Assembly (NCBI GenBank): GCA_000708835.1
Contig: DF236967.1
Location: 248,001-312,000 of the forward strand
Direction of reading: 5' to 3'
DNA length: 64,000 bases
DNA from: Klebsormidium nitens
Taxonomy: Eukaryota; Plantae; Klebsormidiophyceae
Positions 60,401 through 64,000 of this stretch are shown here, piece by piece; within the stretch, counting starts at the first letter, position 1, and each line of letters opens with the position of its first letter. Below the pieces are notes generated by a model that saw only the letters and a list, made by a program, of their open reading frames with translations, did no database searches and was not told where the DNA came from. A program made the translations under genes and the position numbers.

Positions 60401-62202
60401 CCCCTCCTCTCTTCACTGAGCTTTTCCACCCGCCTGCAGCCCTTTGTCCAAACGCTGACCTGGTTCCGCGTTCTTCCGTCACACGTTCCTCACGCCCCAC
60501 CCTCCGTCTTGCCTTTTACAACCCCCCCCCCTTTCCGCGTGCAGTCAAGTTCTTCTGTCACATGTTTCTCACGCCCCCCCCTCCGTACTGCCCCTAAACC
60601 TTCCCCCCCTTTTCCGCGTGCAGTCAAGTTCTTCTGGTACGTGCTGTTCATGTTCCTGACGCTGATGCTCTTCACGTTCTACGGCATGATGGCGGTGGCT
60701 ATCACGCCCAACGTGCAGCTCGCCGCGGTCCTCAGCTCGTCGATGTACTCCGTCTGGAATCTCTTCTGCGGCTTCCTCATCACGCAGCCCAACAGTGAGG
60801 CTCAGAACCCAGAAACCCAATTTTTGCTTGGAAATTCTACTTAACAGAGGCCCCAAACCCTGGAACGAATGTTAACCCTTTCAAAAGTCTTCCACAACTG
60901 CATTGGGAATCTCTTCTGCGGCTACCTCATCCTGCAGGCCAACAGGGAGGCCCCAACCCTGAAACCCTTCTTATCAGAGCCCCTGAACCCTTGCAGAAAC
61001 GAAAACCCTCCTTAAAGCGTTCCAGATTTGCGTCTGACACCCCTTCTGCGGCTTTCCCATCCCGCAACCCGACATTGAAACTTATGACTTTGAAATCCAG
61101 GCTTAACATCCTAAACCTATCTTATAAAGCCCCCGCTCCCTGGAAACTTGGAAATCAATATCAAGTATCAACACTATGTTTAAACTCGTTCTGCGGGTTC
61201 CTCATCCCGCACTGCAACAGCGAGCGCGCGAAAGCAAAACTTTCTGAATCAAAGTTCTGGTAGGAACAGCTGAAGTGCGATCCTAAAGGTCTCTTTCAAA
61301 GAACGATTAGACAAGAAGCGTGAACTGGATATCACCATTTTCACGAAGACGCTCGGTGGACCCCTGTGAGAATTTCGCACAGTGACGCATCTGTCAGATG
61401 TTTGCGCACAAGCGACGAAAGACGGCCACCAGCGACCCTTTTTCTTTGCCGTTCTATTTGTACAAAGTGGGAAAGGAAGAAAAGGCTTTAAGGGCACACC
61501 AACGCGTTCTACGTCGGGCTTTTCCATTAAGGAGTGCCCGAATGTCTTATGGGCCGCAAAGGCTTCGAGCGTAAAGCAGCGTCATTTATCTCTGCACGTG
61601 ACGTTGCTTTCTGACGTCAGAGCTTTTGTTTCGTCGCAGTCCCCGGGTGGTGGGTCTGGATGTACTACCTCGACCCAGGTACGTGCTCCGCTCCTTCTCG
61701 TTGCTCCCCTCTATCTAGTTCTCCATCAGCCTCTGGCGCTACTTCTACTCCGTTTACATTAATCCAGCATTCGCGGTCCGAGCTGCAGATTCGTGCAACC
61801 CACGAACTCTCCAGACTTACTCTCCATAGTCTCGTTTCGTTCTCGTTCCATTCACGGTCATGACTCGTTATCATCATGACTTCGAAGATGCTCAAGCGTT
61901 ATTCTTTTCTGATAGCCCGTCAGTAAATTGTTCGAGCAATTCACCGGTCTCTTCTTTTGTCCCGGGCAGTCTCCTGGACGCTCTACGGGCTGGTGGGCTC
62001 CCAGCTGGGTGACGTCACCGAGGGCCCCTTCCCGTTCACCCAGGGGGCGCCCCCCCAGACCGTACAGGAGTTCGTCCACTCGTACTTTGGCTATAAGCAC
62101 AGCTTCCTGGGCTGGGCCGCTTTTATCCTCATCGTCATGATCGCCGTATTCTGGGCGATCGTCATCTACGCCACTAAGAAGTTCAATTTCCAGAGTCGTT
62201 AG
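45448..62202 (+). CDS. ABCG: Full-size ABCG (PDR) transporter, NBD-TMD-NBD-TMD, about 29 exons
   Basis: NBD1 [44 protein letters not shown]2 [66 protein letters not shown]-specific [14 protein letters not shown]-terminal KFNFQSR, TAG ends at 62202. Confidence 0.96.
47739..47992. repeat. Two-copy 123-bp tandem repeat just after a PDR donor site
   Basis: Units begin TTCTGCCAGGTTCTCC at 47739 and 47862; a partial third starts at 47985. Confidence 0.92.
55585..55633. repeat. Two-copy 24-bp tandem repeat in a PDR intron
   Basis: GGGGAACGCTTGTCTCCTTTGAGA x2. Confidence 0.9.
58366..58612 (+). repeat. Three 98-bp-period units duplicating a PDR exon end plus donor
   Basis: C(A/G)TCATCTTCGGGACCATCTTCT..(G/A)ACCT.GGCCTCCAGAG|GTGGGTT at 58366, 58464 and 58562. 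Confidence 0.93.
58861..58891 (+). repeat. Interstitial telomere-like TTTTAGGG/TTTTGGGG tract in a PDR intron
   Basis: GTTTTAGGGTTTTGGGGTTTTAGGGTTTTAG. Confidence 0.75.
59362..59515. repeat. Three ~52-bp degenerate tandem units with an internal CCAGG...CTGG hairpin
   Basis: CTTA(A/T)CCAGGTGTGT(T/C)GC(G/A)GCAC at 59362, 59416 and 59467. Confidence 0.85.
60755..61225 (+). repeat. Four ~145-bp-period units duplicating a PDR exon end, progressively decayed
   Basis: TTCTGCGGCTTCCTCATCACGCAGCCCAACA variants near 60764, 60914, 61044 and 61189. Confidence 0.85.
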
Positions 62203-63413
62203 TTGGGAGGGTTTAGAGAAGGGTTAGTTTCCGGGTTTCGTCAAACTTGTTGATTAAGGCCCCCGGCTGAGCCCCTCGAGGCCTTGGTTTACCTAGTGAC
62301 TGATGACGGGGGTTGTAAAATGTACGTCGTCGCTGTGTGTTTACGAGTGTATGTGAATTCGTGTTGTTGGGAAATCTGTACCCGAAGCAGGAACAGGTTC
62401 CGACTGTAAACGCGTGATACTGAAGGCATGGTTGTACGTCGTTTGCAAAGGGTTTGGATTCTGAAGACACTATACAGTTGTTTCGTTTCTTAGGCTTGTG
62501 ACTGTGATACGTAGAGCATACAAAGTGCGACTAATTCTCGCAAGTCGGTCGGAACTCGTAGTGGCTGTATGCATTTAATGCAAACTTTGCACACGTCAAG
62601 TTTTGCAACTCGAGCTGCAGCCTACGTTTGGATCCGTTTTAGAAAGTCGAGGCCAAGTTCAAGAAGTAATTGATACAAGTTCACCCCGTACTAGTGTGCA
62701 CAGGTCGACACTACAGCATTCTACAATACCTGATTAATCTGGCACTCTGACTTCAATATACTATAGTATCAAAGATTTGTACACTGATCGATTTAAATCG
62801 CCAAAATTTTTGGCGGTTGGCGGAGAACGTTTTCCCTGCGGCTCCGAGAGATTAAAATTGCGCCTGAACATATGCAGGCTTTATGGTGTAGACCTGTAAC
62901 GAACCCTAATGCTACTGTATACCGCTCATCATGGTTGTTTTGATTGCTTATAAAGACATTGCATCGGGGCCCAAACTCTGCTTAACTTGATCACTGACTC
63001 AACGTGATTAGCCGGTACGAAAGAATGGAAAAATGATACGATGCATTCCGGTGGCTCACCAAGGGATCTGCCAGGAGTACGGTGCGTAATGTGTGATGAT
63101 AATATACAAGGATAGGCTGAAATATGTACGTGTTCTATCGAAAAGGCTCTCCTAGCGTCATTGGGCGCGGGCGGCATGCGCAGCGTGCCTGGTTGAAATT
63201 CTTCGATGCATGTACTGCACACCTAAATATGCAATTATGCACCTGTTACTTACGAATCAACGTTAGGCACATGTGACTGACGGTAGAATGGTACTTCGAT
63301 TCACCAGTACTGCAAGATACCTCAATTTGAACCCTGCGCTTCATCTATCCTCGTTCCATCGAAGACCTTTCGTTCATAAGCAGAATTCAACTTCGAACCT
63401 AGAGCTTGCTAAA

Positions 63414-63752
63414 CTACGAAGGAGCTCCAAGGTATGCCGCTAGTCTCAATATATCGCTGAACACGCCGCCCGCGGTCACTTCTCTCCCCGCCCCCGGGCC
63501 CCTCACTATAAGCGGCTGAGCATGGTATCGCGTGGTCTGGAACGAGATAATATTATCCGTGCCCGACAGCTGGGCAAACGCGTGCGATTTGGGATACCGT
63601 CGAAGCTCCACGCTACCCTTCCCGTTCACGGCATCTACCACACCCACGTACCGCAACACCTCGCCGGCCGCCTCAGCCTCGGCTTGTTGCCGGGATAGAT
63701 CGTCGTCATACTCGGGCAGTTTTGACATGTACTCGTCGACCGTTTTGCATTC
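63414..63752 (-). CDS. AK-HSDH: Bifunctional aspartokinase-homoserine dehydrogenase, last exon; upstream exon's donor at 63998, rest outside the window
   Basis: EVLRYVGVVDAVNGKGSVELRRYPKSHAFAQLSGTDNIISFQTTRYHAQPLIVRGPGAGREVTAGGVFSDILRLAAYLGAPS matches the plant AK-HSDH C-terminus. Confidence 0.95.
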   Translation of the reverse strand, partial: ECKTVDEYMSKLPEYDDDLSRQQAEAEAAGEVLRYVGVVDAVNGKGSVELRRYPKSHAFAQLSGTDNIISFQTTRYHAQPLIVRGPGAGREVTAGGVFSDILRLAAYLGAPS

Positions 63753-64000
63753 CTGGCAAGAGAGTGCCGGAGCTCAAGTCAGCGAGTGATCAATTGCGGA
63801 AAGGTGGCACAGCGGCTTGTACCGAGAGGTACGCTTCAAAACACTATAGAAGCGTCTACTTCTTATCCCAACGTCGAACAACAGCTCCAGGCGTGACAAC
63901 CGGTGTCCTTGACGTAGGTGCCTGCATGACAAGGTCAGAGCTTCGCACACGATTCTAACAATGATGACGAGAGCGGTGTAGTTCAGACAAGTGCTCACCG

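Noticed and set aside
4444-62202. A functional stress or transport gene cluster (CNGC, STAR1/ALS3, PDR)
   Set aside because: Interspersed with housekeeping genes, with no shared pathway or regulatory evidence in the sequence.

Overview
Eukaryotic nuclear DNA, intron-dense with GC3-rich exons and one 505-nt assembly gap. The proteins are streptophyte-like, and the style suggests a charophyte alga such as Klebsormidium (inference, not verified). Nine spliced genes were traced by hand: VPS16 3' end (+), a cyclic nucleotide-gated channel (-), a ~1,300-aa ARM-like/2xSAP-like/MYND protein (+), ALS3/STAR2 (-), STAR1 (-), a secreted bacterial-type acetamidase/formamidase (+), MED7 (-), a full-size ABCG/PDR transporter (+), and the last exon of aspartokinase-homoserine dehydrogenase (-). 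Three observations stand out. (1) STAR1 and ALS3, the two subunits of one bacterial-type ABC transporter, lie head-to-tail 193 nt apart in bacterial fetA-fetB order, next to a second bacterial-type gene. (2) At least nine short tandem duplications copy exon-intron junctions into the neighbouring intron in three genes, some beside telomere-like filler. (3) The amidase has a signal peptide and a Pro/Ser/Thr/Ala linker. No rRNA, tRNA, CRISPR array or intact transposase was found.
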